The position numbers and the translations under genes were made by a program. Shown here piece by piece: positions 10,076 to 20,704 of a DNA stretch of 54,406 bases. Within the stretch, counting starts at the first letter, position 1, and each line of letters starts with the position of its first letter. This DNA comes from Nitrososphaeria archaeon (GTDB lineage Archaea; Thermoproteota; Nitrososphaeria; JACIWG01): the NCBI GenBank assembly GCA_963752255.1, contig CAVVXT010000001.1, positions 1 to 54,406 of the forward strand, given 5' to 3'. Under the pieces are notes generated by a model. It worked only from the letters and a program-made list of their open reading frames with translations. It made no database searches and was not told the DNA's origin.

Positions 10076-10837
10076 TGAAAATGTTACGCGACACAAGATT
10101 GATGTTCATCCGCAACATGCAGCACACGCTCAGGAGCCCCGTTTTCATTTTCGTGAGCATGTTCCAGCCTCTTCTTTACCTGTTCTTGTTTATGCCACTC
10201 CTGAACGGTCTCGGTAGTGTTCCAGGTATACCTGCGGGTAGGACAGTTGAGGTTTTCATCCCCGGGCTTTTAGTTATGCAAGCGCTCTTCGGCTCAGCGT
10301 TCGTGGGATTCTCACTTATCGATGATATTAGAACAGGAGTAATAGAACGGTTTTTAGTAACTCCCGTGAAACGCCCGGCAATTCTTTTAGGCAGAGTTTT
10401 GAGGGATGCGGTCGTCCTTCTCACTCCAATGTGTTTTGATTACATTAGTTGCTATCCCCTTTGGGCTGAGTGTAAATGTAGGCGGATTCTTACTCTCTCT
10501 ATTGTTATACGCTTTGATTGGAGTTACTATGGCATCTATGTCATACGGTTTTGCTCTTATATACAAAATTGAAGACCCTCTCGCTCCGACGTTGAACACA
10601 ATAACACTTCCTGTTTCTCTGCTGTCGGGTATTATCCTTCCTCTCGCGCTTGCGCCTATCTGGCTTCAAGATCTTGCGAAGGTTAACCCATTCTCATACG
10701 CAGTTAATGCGGCTCGCGCATTATTTGCCGGGAATTTTCAAAACGTCGAAATCGTAGAGGGGTTCGTCATCATCAGCGTACTTGCAATCGTCCTATTCCT
10801 GTGGGGGTTGAGGTCACTCAAGAAAATGGCATCATGA
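10072..10837 (+). CDS. ABC-2 type permease (DrrB-like), one frameshift near 10427
   Basis: ORFs 10072-10572 and 10406-10837 join; motifs FIPGLL, ERFLVTP, NPFSYAVNA; ATGA overlap with the ATPase gene. Confidence 0.88.
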
Positions 10838-11263
10838 CTATGAGATTTTGCAATTTCATACTGTTAGGAGAGCAATAGAACGTGGACTTTCTTTCGGCTG
10901 TCTTTATTATCTAATTTCGCTACAAGATCCTTTTGTAATATGGTCGTTAATCCCACTGGGCCAACTATAATAAAATAGATTTCGAAGAGATGATTATGGA
11001 TGGAAGTGTCAAGATTTTAACACGTGCAAAGTAAATTTCTTCCTTAGTTTATCTTATCCAATCTTCCCCTTTATCTCCTTTTTACTATTTAAGTTAAAAT
11101 ATGAGGATGGGTAAAGTTCCTAAAGTTAAGTTATATGGCAGAACTCTATGAGCTACCGCAGTGACTTCATCCGCTAGATAGAGAAAAAACTATAGACATT
11201 TTGGGGATAGAGCGATTTTCACTCCTATGACTCCCGTCGCCCCACCAGTAAAGAAGTCGGCTG

Positions 11264-12130
11264 CTAGGGTATTTTAACTCGTGGGAAAAGGGGTTTATAT
11301 GTAGAAGCTTTTAGCAGTAGCTCTTGTTGTTCTTTCTTGTTCATCGGGGTATAGCGTTCAGCGGCATCTATCATCATCTTGGCTATTCGGATATCAGAGG
11401 AACTGGCCGCTGTAGTTACGTATTGGGATAATGTAAACCATAAGGCTTCATCGACCTCTTTCTGAGTGTCAAAGGGTTGATACCAGCAGTTGTATGTTCT
11501 CTCATCAGTGGGCCAAGATTTCTTCACAACCGACTTCATGGCTATTACCCCAAGGTTTCTCTTCTTGGCTAGGGTGAGTACTGGTTCGTAATCATTCTTT
11601 GGTTCAGGATGGGCATGTAGAACGTAGTTGACAGGAAGTAGAACTGTATCGAAGTCAAAGCTTTTAAGTGCTCTCATAATGTTTTCAGGATTGTGACTAG
11701 TTATACCAATATACTTAACCAAGCCCTGCTTCTTAGCATCTAGTATAGCTCTTATTGCACCATCCTCGCTTAACGCAATTTCGAGTTCTTCTGGATCATC
11801 GAGTCCATGCAGTTGATAGAGGTCGAAGTAGTCGGTCTGAAGGTTCTTTAGACTTCTACTTAACTCGTCCGCAGCATCTTTTTTTGTCCTCTTCTGCGTC
11901 TTACACGCAATGAATAGATTTTCACGATATTCCTTAACCCATTTGCCTAGAATACGTTCTGCCTCACCGCTGCCATATGTGGGTGCTACATCGATGTGAT
12001 TCACCCCGTGATCTAAAGCCAGTTTAATAAAAGCGTCTGATTCTTTGCGGGTAGTTGGGCGTACGCTTGCCCCACCTAAAGTAATGAATGTACTTTTATG
12101 TCCCGTCCTTCCTAGGATTCTCTTCTCCAT
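11264..12130 (-). CDS. Aldo/keto reductase
   Basis: LGRTG, IDVAPTYG, LQTDYFDLYQLH, YIGITSH. Confidence 0.9.
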   Translation of the reverse strand: MEKRILGRTGHKSTFITLGGASVRPTTRKESDAFIKLALDHGVNHIDVAPTYGSGEAERILGKWVKEYRENLFIACKTQKRTKKDAADELSRSLKNLQTDYFDLYQLHGLDDPEELEIALSEDGAIRAILDAKKQGLVKYIGITSHNPENIMRALKSFDFDTVLLPVNYVLHAHPEPKNDYEPVLTLAKKRNLGVIAMKSVVKKSWPTDERTYNCWYQPFDTQKEVDEALWFTLSQYVTTAASSSDIRIAKMMIDAAERYTPMNKKEQQELLLKASTYKPLFPRVKIP

Positions 12131-12249
12131 TTTAACTCAATTATAAATGCTGAGCATCTTCTAATATACTTTTTTTTACCCTTCCTGCTAATAAATCTTC
12201 ATTATATTGATATACTTGGGTATCAACTACAAAGGATTGAAGGTTTGAT

Positions 12250-12732
12250 ATGACGTATTACTCAACTCCAGGAAGAGAGAACCTAGATAAGACCTTGGCT
12301 TTGGTCAAGAAGATAGCTGAAGAACTGGGAATAGACGATATAGTGATAGCCTCCACTACAGGCTACACTGCTAAGAAGGCAGTAGAAACGCTTAGCGGTA
12401 CAGGCGTAAAGTTGATGTTCGTTGGCACGGCGAGGGACAGGTTTCCAAGCGAACTAATAGTAGAGTTGAAGAAGAAGGGCTGTAATGTCTGTTTCAGCAA
12501 TGAGGTCAAATACGATTATCCTGAACTAGTAAAGATGGCCTATAAAAGATTCTGTCCAGGAGTAAAGGTGGCTATCGAAATCGCGATGATAGCCACTCAG
12601 GAGGGCTACGTCTCTACTGATAAGGACTTAATCTCGGTGGGAAAGTGGGACACGGCCCTTATAATAAAGCCATCGATGAGCAGTCGGTTCGAAGATCTAA
12701 TGATCAGAGAACTGATATGCAAACCACGATAA
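12250..12732 (+). CDS. Pyruvate kinase C-terminal alpha/beta domain protein (MTH1675-like)
   Basis: PGREN..T, IVIASTTGYTA, GVKVAIEI, DTALII, ELICKPR family motifs. Confidence 0.75.
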   Translation: MTYYSTPGRENLDKTLALVKKIAEELGIDDIVIASTTGYTAKKAVETLSGTGVKLMFVGTARDRFPSELIVELKKKGCNVCFSNEVKYDYPELVKMAYKRFCPGVKVAIEIAMIATQEGYVSTDKDLISVGKWDTALIIKPSMSSRFEDLMIRELICKPR

Positions 12733-12942
12733 GGTAGAGAAGGATGAAAGCAAGGCTTTAGCTCCCAAGAGCCCTACCAATTAAAAGAAAAAAAGATGTT
12801 TCAATAATCTTTCAGAGGAGTTTGGTGAATTGAGTGTTGGGCTTTGGATTCTGTTTCCTACAGTCTTCTATAAGCTATATTTGATTTGTCATAGATATTC
12901 TTATAACTTATTATCCTGGAGAACTTAGGGAGGTAACTTTGA

Positions 12943-13422
12943 ATGTTGATCAAGTCTCAAGATGCAGAGAGAGATGGTGCGCTAAACATTGCGAGATTGA
13001 TGTTGGTAGCTGCCAGAACCGCTCCCAAGGCGGCAGGACATGACAGCATAGCAACCGCCATACTTGACGGAGAGGATAAGGATAAGCTTGCCAATGAGAT
13101 GGAGCGTTCTGGCAAGGAGAAAAAAAATCCAAGAAGAATCAGAGATGCGGGAAACGTGAGGAACTCTGACCTAGTAATCTTGGTAGGGGTCAAATACGGG
13201 GGAGAGATCTCAAACGAGTTGAAGCTGATAGACCTTGGAATAGCTGTCGGCTCAGCCGCCAAGATTGCAAGCGGCTTAAACGTTGACAACAGGATCATGC
13301 GTAGCATTGGAGACGTTGCTGATAGTATGAAACTTCTGGAAGTAGATTACAGCTTAGGGATTCCGATCTCCATCAAAGGCAAAAACATCTACTTCGACAG
13401 ACCACAAGTTACAACCACATAA
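12943..13422 (+). CDS. DUF2148/COG4739-family protein lacking the Fe-S cysteines
   Basis: ARTAPKxxGxD, RDA.NV, DLGIAVGSA, VDNRIM, GKNIYFDR. Confidence 0.8.
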   Translation: MLIKSQDAERDGALNIARLMLVAARTAPKAAGHDSIATAILDGEDKDKLANEMERSGKEKKNPRRIRDAGNVRNSDLVILVGVKYGGEISNELKLIDLGIAVGSAAKIASGLNVDNRIMRSIGDVADSMKLLEVDYSLGIPISIKGKNIYFDRPQVTTT

Positions 13423-13806
13423 ACAATTTGAATCAAGGAACTTAGGCTCCATATGTGCTACCAGGACTACAGAACCTGATCAAGAGAGCTCTTGATAAAA
13501 TTGGAGGCTTTCGAGGGAGTGAGTACACACTTCCTATAATTCTCGCGCTACACGGAAGAATTCCTGAACCTGTGGAGCTGAAGGAGGCTGTTGAAAGGTG
13601 GAGCCAGATCAATCTCACTGATGAAACCAGTCCTCCAAGAGAGAAGGAAATCTAAGGGAAACTGGTGCTAATATAAGAATAATACTTTTAATTCAAGAGG
13701 AAACTAGCAAACATAATGGATGAAAATCAAATTCATGGAAGTTGCATATCCGAACGCAGAGTTGGAACAAAAGATATATAAATTAAGAAAGAAACGGTAA
13801 AATCAG

Positions 13807-14262
13807 ATGAATGAAAACCAGAATAATCCTCCTCAGAATCTGGATGACCAAGAAAAAATCCGCAACAACCCAAGATTCTGGATCGCTACCATCCTGATCC
13901 TAGGCATGCTAATTATTCTCATTATAGTTGTGCTTCAAGGCCAATACACCCAAACAGTTCAGCTAGCCGCAATATTCAGTGGCTGGATCACCACCATAAT
14001 CGCGTTCTACTTCTATACCCAAACCAGCAACCAACTCCAAAACCAAATGAAAACTTCAGCCGAATCAGAAGCTAAAGCCCACCAAAGTACTGAAACAGCC
14101 CTCAAGCGAGCGCAAACAGCCGAAAAAACAGTACACAGCATCAAAGGTGTCATAGCTGGCTCAGAACCCGCAAAAGAGTTTGTAGCTGAAGCCGACAAAG
14201 CAAAAGCCACCCAAGAAACCATAGAAACAATCAAAGCCATACTTCAAAGAGAAGAAACCTAA
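13807..14262 (+). CDS. Hypothetical protein, two TM helices plus coiled-coil tail
   Basis: 151-aa ATG ORF with two hydrophobic segments and an Ala/Glu/Lys-rich tail; GATATATA box upstream. Confidence 0.7.
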   Translation: MNENQNNPPQNLDDQEKIRNNPRFWIATILILGMLIILIIVVLQGQYTQTVQLAAIFSGWITTIIAFYFYTQTSNQLQNQMKTSAESEAKAHQSTETALKRAQTAEKTVHSIKGVIAGSEPAKEFVAEADKAKATQETIETIKAILQREET

Positions 14263-14572
14263 AACTGGTCAGGATATAGAATAGCTGAAACTATCTATAT
14301 CACTTAGACTACGTCACTTAACGTTTGACTAGGAACGGGGTCGTGCTAATCGTAGACTGCAAGAGTGCACCCAGACGAGTTAGAGTCATAGCGGCTCCGC
14401 CACATCTTAAGACCATAGTTAGAGACTCGAACCCATTTAGATATTAGTCCAACCGAACTTGAACCTAGTTGTCCTTCTAATAATTTACCAGTAGATTAAT
14501 GCTGGAATCTCACCCAATATATCAATTAGGAAAGCCATGTCCCTTAATCGAACAGAATAATTTTTAATAAAA

Positions 14573-14615
14573 TTTATAAACATCTATAAAGTGGGGTTTT
14601 TAGTTATTGGAGTGA
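14573..14615 (+). promoter_or_regulatory. Putative TATA box and Shine-Dalgarno of the thermosome gene
   Basis: TTTATAAA at 14573-14580 after an A-rich BRE-like stretch; GGAGTGA at 14609-14615, 8 nt before ATG. Confidence 0.5.
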
Positions 14616-14623
14616 TATAATAT

Positions 14624-16276
14624 ATGTCAACTACAGCAATGTCGGGTGTGACTTCCTCAGGTCAACCCGTGTTGATTTTGAAGGAAGGAACAGGTCAAAC
14701 AAGGGGCAGAGACGCTCAAAGGAACAACATTATGGCAGCAAAACTGGTTGGTGAAATTGTCAAATCATCTTTGGGTCCGAGGGGAATGGATAAGATGCTC
14801 GTTGACGGTCTAGGTGATGTTACAATTACAAACGACGGGGCAACAATACTTAAAGAAATTGATGTGCAGCATCCTGCTGCCAAAGCGATGGTGGAAATTG
14901 CGAAGGCGACAGACAACGAAGTCGGCGACGGAACAACTTCTGCAGTAGTTCTAGGAAGCGCCCTTCTAGAAAAGGCGGAGGAACTAATAGACAAAGACGT
15001 TCATCCGACAGTCATAGTGGATGGCTATAACAAAGCAGCTGAAAAAGCAAGGGAAATTCTTTCATCGATTTCAATAAAAGTAGATCCAAAAGATAAGCAA
15101 TGGCTTACTAAAATAGGCACAACCAGCATGGCAACCAAACTTGTCTCATCTGAAGGCGAATTCTTATCCAAAATGATCGTCGATGCCATGCTTATGGTGA
15201 CAGAAGAGCAAAATGGGAAGCTAAAGGTCGACATCGACGATGTCAAGGTAGAAAAGAAAGCAGGTGGATCTCTTACTGACACAAAACTAATAAAAGGCAT
15301 AATATTGGACAAAGAAGTTGTTCACAACGGTATGCCGAAGAGGGTGACAAATGCAAAGATCGCGCTAATTAACTGCCCACTAGAAATTGAGAAAACAGAA
15401 TTTGACGCAAAGATTAACATCAACAACCCTGAGCAGATCAAGATGTTCCTAGACGAAGAAAATAGCATGCTCAAATCGATGGTCGACAAGATTGCAAACG
15501 TAAAAGCAAACGTCGTCGTCTGCCAGAAGGGTATCGATGATATAGCTCAGCACTATCTGGCTAAGGCAGGAATACTTGCCGTAAGGAGAGCTAAACAATC
15601 TGACATAGATAAATTAGCGAAAGCAACTGGTGGAAGAGTCATAACGAGCCTAGAAGATCTCAACGCGGACGATTTGGGTAAAGCAGAACTCGTTGAAGAA
15701 AGAAAAATTGAAGAAGACAAATGGGTCTTTATTGAGGGATGCAAGAATCCAAAGTCGGTGACATTATTCATCAGAGGGGGAACACAGAGGGTAGTCGAAG
15801 AAGCTGAAAGATCGGTGCATGACGCACTTAGCGTCGTCAAAGACGTGATTCTTGAACCATACATTGTGGTAGGTGCAGGCGCACCAGAAGCAGAAATCGC
15901 TTCAAAGTTATTCGAATGGGCTCAGACATTATCTGGTAGGGAACAGCTTGCTGTACAAAAGTTTGCTGAAGCAATGGAAGTAATACCTTTGGCTCTCGCA
16001 GAAAATGCTGGAATGGACCCAATAGATACTCTGGTAGAGTTAAGAGCAAGACACAGCAAGGGTGACAAGAACTTCGGTGTTAACGCATTCGAAGGAAAGA
16101 TTCAAGACGCATCGAAATTCGGCGTTTATGAACCAACGGCGGTGAAGGAACAGATACTTGCAGCGGCGACTGAAGCAGCGACCATGATTCTAAGAATAGA
16201 CGATGTCATAGCATCGAGTAAGACCAGGGCTCCACCTCCATCACCAGGTGGCGGCGGCGGATACCCTGAAATGTGA
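14624..16276 (+). CDS. ths: Thermosome (group II chaperonin) subunit
   Basis: [31 protein letters not shown]. Confidence 0.97.
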   Translation: MSTTAMSGVTSSGQPVLILKEGTGQTRGRDAQRNNIMAAKLVGEIVKSSLGPRGMDKMLVDGLGDVTITNDGATILKEIDVQHPAAKAMVEIAKATDNEVGDGTTSAVVLGSALLEKAEELIDKDVHPTVIVDGYNKAAEKAREILSSISIKVDPKDKQWLTKIGTTSMATKLVSSEGEFLSKMIVDAMLMVTEEQNGKLKVDIDDVKVEKKAGGSLTDTKLIKGIILDKEVVHNGMPKRVTNAKIALINCPLEIEKTEFDAKININNPEQIKMFLDEENSMLKSMVDKIANVKANVVVCQKGIDDIAQHYLAKAGILAVRRAKQSDIDKLAKATGGRVITSLEDLNADDLGKAELVEERKIEEDKWVFIEGCKNPKSVTLFIRGGTQRVVEEAERSVHDALSVVKDVILEPYIVVGAGAPEAEIASKLFEWAQTLSGREQLAVQKFAEAMEVIPLALAENAGMDPIDTLVELRARHSKGDKNFGVNAFEGKIQDASKFGVYEPTAVKEQILAAATEAATMILRIDDVIASSKTRAPPPSPGGGGGYPEM

Positions 16277-16282
16277 TAAGCG

Positions 16283-16312
16283 TTTTCTTCCCTTCTCCTT
16301 TCTTTTTTTGTT
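16283..16312 (+). terminator. Oligo(T)/pyrimidine-rich archaeal terminator
   Basis: TTTTCTTCCCTTCTCCTTTCTTTTTTTG directly after the thermosome stop. Confidence 0.55.
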
Positions 16313-16364
16313 CTGCCTTCATAAACAAAATTCTTTTTAAACCGAAGCTCCTAAAGTATCATGT

Positions 16365-17717
16365 ATGACTGTGGATCGATTTGACGCGGTGGTGGTGGGT
16401 GCTGGAACAGGTGGAGCACTTACAGCTTTGACTCTAGCGGAAAAAAATGCTAAAGTCCTTCTTATTGATTCTAAAGAGGAGAAGCTGATCGGTAAGAAGA
16501 TCTGTGGAGATGCTCTTGGAATCCATCATATAAAGAACGTTGGAATCCCTTTTCCTCCGAAAGAAACCTTCAAGGGTGTGTTGGATACGGTTAGGGTCTA
16601 CTCTCCTTCCACAAAATATTTTGTGAATGTGGAAGGCAAAGGATTTGCATTGAACAGGTATAAATTTGGAAGATGGCTCTTAGACATGGCCCTTGATAAG
16701 GGTGCAGAGCTATTACCCGCTACAAGAGCTGAAGCTATAGTTTTCGGAGATGGCAGGGCAGAACAGCTGAAGATTGTTGACGCAAAGACCAAGGACTCTA
16801 AATACGTAAAGGCGAAATATTTTGTTGATGCATCAGGTTTCATAGGCGCTTTGAGGAGGCATATACCGGATACTCTGGGAGTCGATAAAGAAATACGGAT
16901 GTCGGATGTTGCCATTTTGTACAGAGAAATAAGAAAGGTCGAAAAGGTTGAAGACATAGGAATAGCAAAAATTTTCTTGGACCAGGGCACAGCCCCCGGA
17001 GGCTACTGGTGGTACTTTCCACAAGATGAGCACACACTAAATATTGGAGTAGGAATTCAAGGAGGAAAGAACATCAACCCAAAAGATGTGTTCACAGAAA
17101 TAATAAGAAGAAGAACCGATCTACAAAAGTCAGAAATTTTGGATGCAGGAGGAGGTATAGTATCACTCAGAAGAAGTCTCTACACTTTAGTCGCCCACAA
17201 TGTACTTTTCGTTGGCGATGCAGCTTGCACGGCGAATCCGATACACGGTGGAGGCATCGGCCCATCAATGCTAACCGGCAGGGCTTGCGGACAAGCCATA
17301 ATCAACGCGCTAAATAATATGGAGAATGAGAAAGAGGAGCTTTGGGCGGCTAACGTAAACTTTGTAAAGATGTACGGAGCAAAGGCTGCTTCACTGGACG
17401 TTTTCAGAATCTTCCTTCAAGCTCTTACAAACGAAGAAATAGAGTTTGGAATGGCTAAGAAATTAATTACAGAGGAGGATGTCACCGACCTCGGATACGG
17501 CACAGCGGATCTGTCGATAAAGGACAAAGCTCTAAAAATGCTGCGCGGATTTTCTAAGCCTGGAGTGCTGAAACATCTTGCAGAAACAGCGAAGTACATG
17601 AAATCTGTTAAACAAGAATACAACAGGTACCCCGCCTATGAGAACTTCCCAGTGTGGGTTGCGACGGTCGAAAGGATGTTCAGAGAATATTCGAACAAAT
17701 ACTTGCCACACACCTAA
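16365..17717 (+). CDS. Geranylgeranyl reductase family (digeranylgeranylglycerophospholipid reductase)
   Basis: GAGTGG dinucleotide fold, KICGD, PGGYWWYFP, VGDAA, NPIHGGGI. Confidence 0.88.
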   Translation: MTVDRFDAVVVGAGTGGALTALTLAEKNAKVLLIDSKEEKLIGKKICGDALGIHHIKNVGIPFPPKETFKGVLDTVRVYSPSTKYFVNVEGKGFALNRYKFGRWLLDMALDKGAELLPATRAEAIVFGDGRAEQLKIVDAKTKDSKYVKAKYFVDASGFIGALRRHIPDTLGVDKEIRMSDVAILYREIRKVEKVEDIGIAKIFLDQGTAPGGYWWYFPQDEHTLNIGVGIQGGKNINPKDVFTEIIRRRTDLQKSEILDAGGGIVSLRRSLYTLVAHNVLFVGDAACTANPIHGGGIGPSMLTGRACGQAIINALNNMENEKEELWAANVNFVKMYGAKAASLDVFRIFLQALTNEEIEFGMAKKLITEEDVTDLGYGTADLSIKDKALKMLRGFSKPGVLKHLAETAKYMKSVKQEYNRYPAYENFPVWVATVERMFREYSNKYLPHT

Positions 17718-17927
17718 TTTTTCAAGTTAATAGCAGAGTAAAATATTTAGTTGCTCAAATTTTTAATGCTTTAACTCGACTTGGATTTATGTAAAAGGGT
17801 CTCATAATTATTTGTAATAATTAAATATTGATGTTAATTTCGTTGGAATATGTTTGAAACTGAAACATTCCTCCATATGATATTATAAAGGTTTTATCAC
17901 GTTATGACACTTAAGTCGATCAGCTGC

Positions 17928-18488
17928 CTATGTCTTCTCAAGCATTTTTTCAAATGTCCAAGTAACTAGATTCAATATCTCTTTTAAACGAATCTTTGTT
18001 CGGTAATTCTTCACAGTAATCTTTTTTATAAATCCACCGTCTTCCTCGACTGAAAAGGATAGCAGGTCTTCTTCACCTATAATTCCGCTCCTAGCTTGGT
18101 CCTTGTCGGCCTGAACCATTTGAGGTAACTTTTTACCTATAAGATATGAAGTAAATGGTGGAGTAGATGTTTTAAGCTTAACTGTTGAGGCAGGTACAAC
18201 GGTAATTGTATTGGGTGCAAGGTAGGCTGTTGCCACTATTTTCCCATCTTTGATCTTGAGAGAAACAACTTCCTCTGCTACTTCCTCAGTTTTGGGGATT
18301 TCTTCCCTCACCTTTTCAACAGCTTCGGTTTGAATTTCAGCAGCGGGTTTAAACCCCTTCTGCAGAAGGAAGCTGTCTAAAACAACTAGTGTTTCACGTA
18401 ACGCGTCTGTTTCCTTCTCGAGCGCCTTTATCCTTTCTTCGATCCACATCTTAGTTCCCGCTACCTTCTTAACGTCTTCTTCGCTCAA
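17928..18488 (-). CDS. Hypothetical protein with N-terminal coiled coil
   Basis: 186-aa ORF, protein-like composition, TATA-like sequence upstream. Confidence 0.75.
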   Translation of the reverse strand: MSEEDVKKVAGTKMWIEERIKALEKETDALRETLVVLDSFLLQKGFKPAAEIQTEAVEKVREEIPKTEEVAEEVVSLKIKDGKIVATAYLAPNTITVVPASTVKLKTSTPPFTSYLIGKKLPQMVQADKDQARSGIIGEEDLLSFSVEEDGGFIKKITVKNYRTKIRLKEILNLVTWTFEKMLEKT

Positions 18489-18536
18489 ATCTTCTCACAT
18501 AAAATGCACCTTGTTAAGTATATAACTTTTTTATAG

Positions 18537-19175
18537 TTATGTAAAAAACGTTTTAACACGCTTTTCGATAGCGAGTATTAGAAGCAGCGCACCGACAGAG
18601 GCAATTGTTCTCTCATAGATTGTAAGCGGAATTATTATATAAAAATCTTCAGAAGTTAATGAAAGCAAAAACATCGCCAGGAAAGTGCCCGTTGCCTGCT
18701 GTGCAAAAGTTGAAGACAGAGTGTTGAAGAAGACGGTAAGACGGGAAGGTTTAAGGAAAAGGATTAGAATAGAACAGCATGACGCAGCAATATGAGGTAA
18801 AATAAACCACCAAACCGTAGGATATGTTATAGAAAAAAAGAAAGAGAAGAACAGCAGATAAATTGTCGTTATAAAAGGAAGTCCCCGTTTGTTTAAGCCG
18901 GCAAAAAGGGCGCCTGATGTCGGTATTACGATGCCTAGAAGGCCAAATGTGGCGCCTACAAAGAAGAAATTGCCCGCAAAAAAGCCGATGATCATCGAAA
19001 GAACACCGTAGTATGGCCCAAGAAGCCAACCGACAACTGGTGGCAGAACTTCGTTTAGACTAAACGAACTTCTACCTCCCACAATGCTCGTCCCTATGGG
19101 TATGAAGGAAAGGACAACGTAAAGGGAACCAAAGACTATGGCGGCAGAAAGCTTCCTGCGTGTAATTTTTGCCAT
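18537..19175 (-). CDS. Membrane protein, ECF transporter S-component-like
   Basis: About 6 hydrophobic helices; P.VGWLLGPYYG motif typical of S-components. Confidence 0.65.
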   Translation of the reverse strand: MAKITRRKLSAAIVFGSLYVVLSFIPIGTSIVGGRSSFSLNEVLPPVVGWLLGPYYGVLSMIIGFFAGNFFFVGATFGLLGIVIPTSGALFAGLNKRGLPFITTIYLLFFSFFFSITYPTVWWFILPHIAASCCSILILFLKPSRLTVFFNTLSSTFAQQATGTFLAMFLLSLTSEDFYIIIPLTIYERTIASVGALLLILAIEKRVKTFFT

Positions 19176-19327
19176 TGAAACGAAATGCCAAAGCTATTCT
19201 ATATAAATCTTATTTAGCTATAGATAGAATGATTTTGAGTTACATCTATAACTTTTTTTAGTCTTTTAACTAAGCTGAAAAGCTTATTATTCCTATTTAT
19301 AAATTAGTGAACGTGTGTTGGTTGGCT

Positions 19328-20614
19328 ATGTCCAGGACATCACAATTTTCAGGGTTCTATAAATTAAGTCTAGAGGAGAAGTTGAAGATAGTGAAGGAGT
19401 TCTCAGGCCTGTCTGAAGATGAGGTTTTGCAGCTTAAGACGGCTTCGGCGTTAAAGATGGACGGTGCGGAAAGGATGATTGAAAATGTCATCGGAATAAT
19501 GCCTGTTCCACTCGGCGTCGCCGTAAACTTCCTCATCAACGGGAGAGACTTCCTTGTACCTATGGCGATAGAGGAACCATCGGTGGTCGCGGCCGCAAGT
19601 AACGCGGCAAGAATGGCAAGAATCAAAGGTGGCTTCTTAGCTTCCAGCACAGAGCCGATCATGATTTCACAGATACAGGTAATAAAAATAGAAGATCCCT
19701 TCCGAGGGATGAACGAAGTCTTTAACAGAAAAGTAGATATCATAAAACTGGCGAATGAGCAGGACCCTTTTCTTATTTCCGTGGGCGGAGGAGTGAGAGA
19801 CATCGGAGCGAAAGTTATAGAAACTATCAGGGGAAAGATGCTTATCGTAGAACTGCATGTCGACTGCAAAGACGCTATGGGAGCGAATGTCGTTAACACA
19901 ATGGCTGAGGCTGTGGCACCGCTGATAGAAGAAATAACCGGAGGAACCGTACTCCTGCGTATTGTAAGCAACCTTGCAACCTTTAGATTAGCTCGGGCTT
20001 CTGCGGTGTTCGAAAAAGATGTCCTAGGAGGCGAAGACGTTGTCGACGCCATTTTGGACGCGTACGCTTTTGCGGAAGCGGATCCGTACAGGTGCGCTAC
20101 ACACAACAAGGGAATAATGAACGGTATCACCGCAGTCGTATTAGCGACCGGAAATGATACAAGAGCCATTGAGGCGGGAGCGCACGCTTATGCGGCTAGG
20201 AATGGGGGATACAGTTCCCTAACGAAGTGGGAAAAGAACCGTTTGGGTGACCTTGTGGGCTTTATAGAACTCCCACTCGCAGTAGGCATTGTAGGCGGTG
20301 CAACGAAATCTAACCCTATTGCGAAAATATGTACAAAGATACTTGGGATCAGGAGCGCAACCGAACTCGGAGAAGTTATCGCTTCTGTAGGATTAGCGCA
20401 GAACTTCGCTGCATTAAGAGCCCTAGCTACCGAAGGAATACAGAAAGGACACATGAAACTTCACGCGAGGAATATAGCTATTATGGCCGGAGCAACAGGT
20501 GAACTTGCCGATAAAATAGCAGAGAAGATGGTTCAAGAAGGTAAGGTTAGGATAGATAAGGCGAAAGAAATTCTCGAAAAGGTTAAAGACAGTCAACCTT
20601 CAAAGACTGATTGA
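19328..20614 (+). CDS. mvaA: Hydroxymethylglutaryl-CoA reductase, class II (degradative type)
   Basis: MIENVIG, EEPSVVAA, DAMGAN, THNKGIMNG, GIQKGHMKLH. Start placed at ATG 19328 (ORF track begins at 19307). Confidence 0.93.
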   Translation: MSRTSQFSGFYKLSLEEKLKIVKEFSGLSEDEVLQLKTASALKMDGAERMIENVIGIMPVPLGVAVNFLINGRDFLVPMAIEEPSVVAAASNAARMARIKGGFLASSTEPIMISQIQVIKIEDPFRGMNEVFNRKVDIIKLANEQDPFLISVGGGVRDIGAKVIETIRGKMLIVELHVDCKDAMGANVVNTMAEAVAPLIEEITGGTVLLRIVSNLATFRLARASAVFEKDVLGGEDVVDAILDAYAFAEADPYRCATHNKGIMNGITAVVLATGNDTRAIEAGAHAYAARNGGYSSLTKWEKNRLGDLVGFIELPLAVGIVGGATKSNPIAKICTKILGIRSATELGEVIASVGLAQNFAALRALATEGIQKGHMKLHARNIAIMAGATGELADKIAEKMVQEGKVRIDKAKEILEKVKDSQPSKTD

Positions 20615-20704
20615 ATAAGGCTCGTTAGATGGCTGGCATACTGAATTTATCAAAAGCAAAATGAAAGAAAATAGTTTTTTTAAAAAGTTTTTTAAGATGT
20701 CTGA

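Noticed and set aside
13455-13655. 66-aa ORF after the DUF2148 gene
   Set aside because: No recognisable motif or clear RBS; may be a gene fragment, but I cannot support a call.
14420-14468. Two T-loop-like words on the minus strand (GGGTTCGAGTC, GGTTCAAGT) as the missing tRNA
   Set aside because: The T-stems do not pair beyond about 3 bp, and there is no acceptor or D arm.
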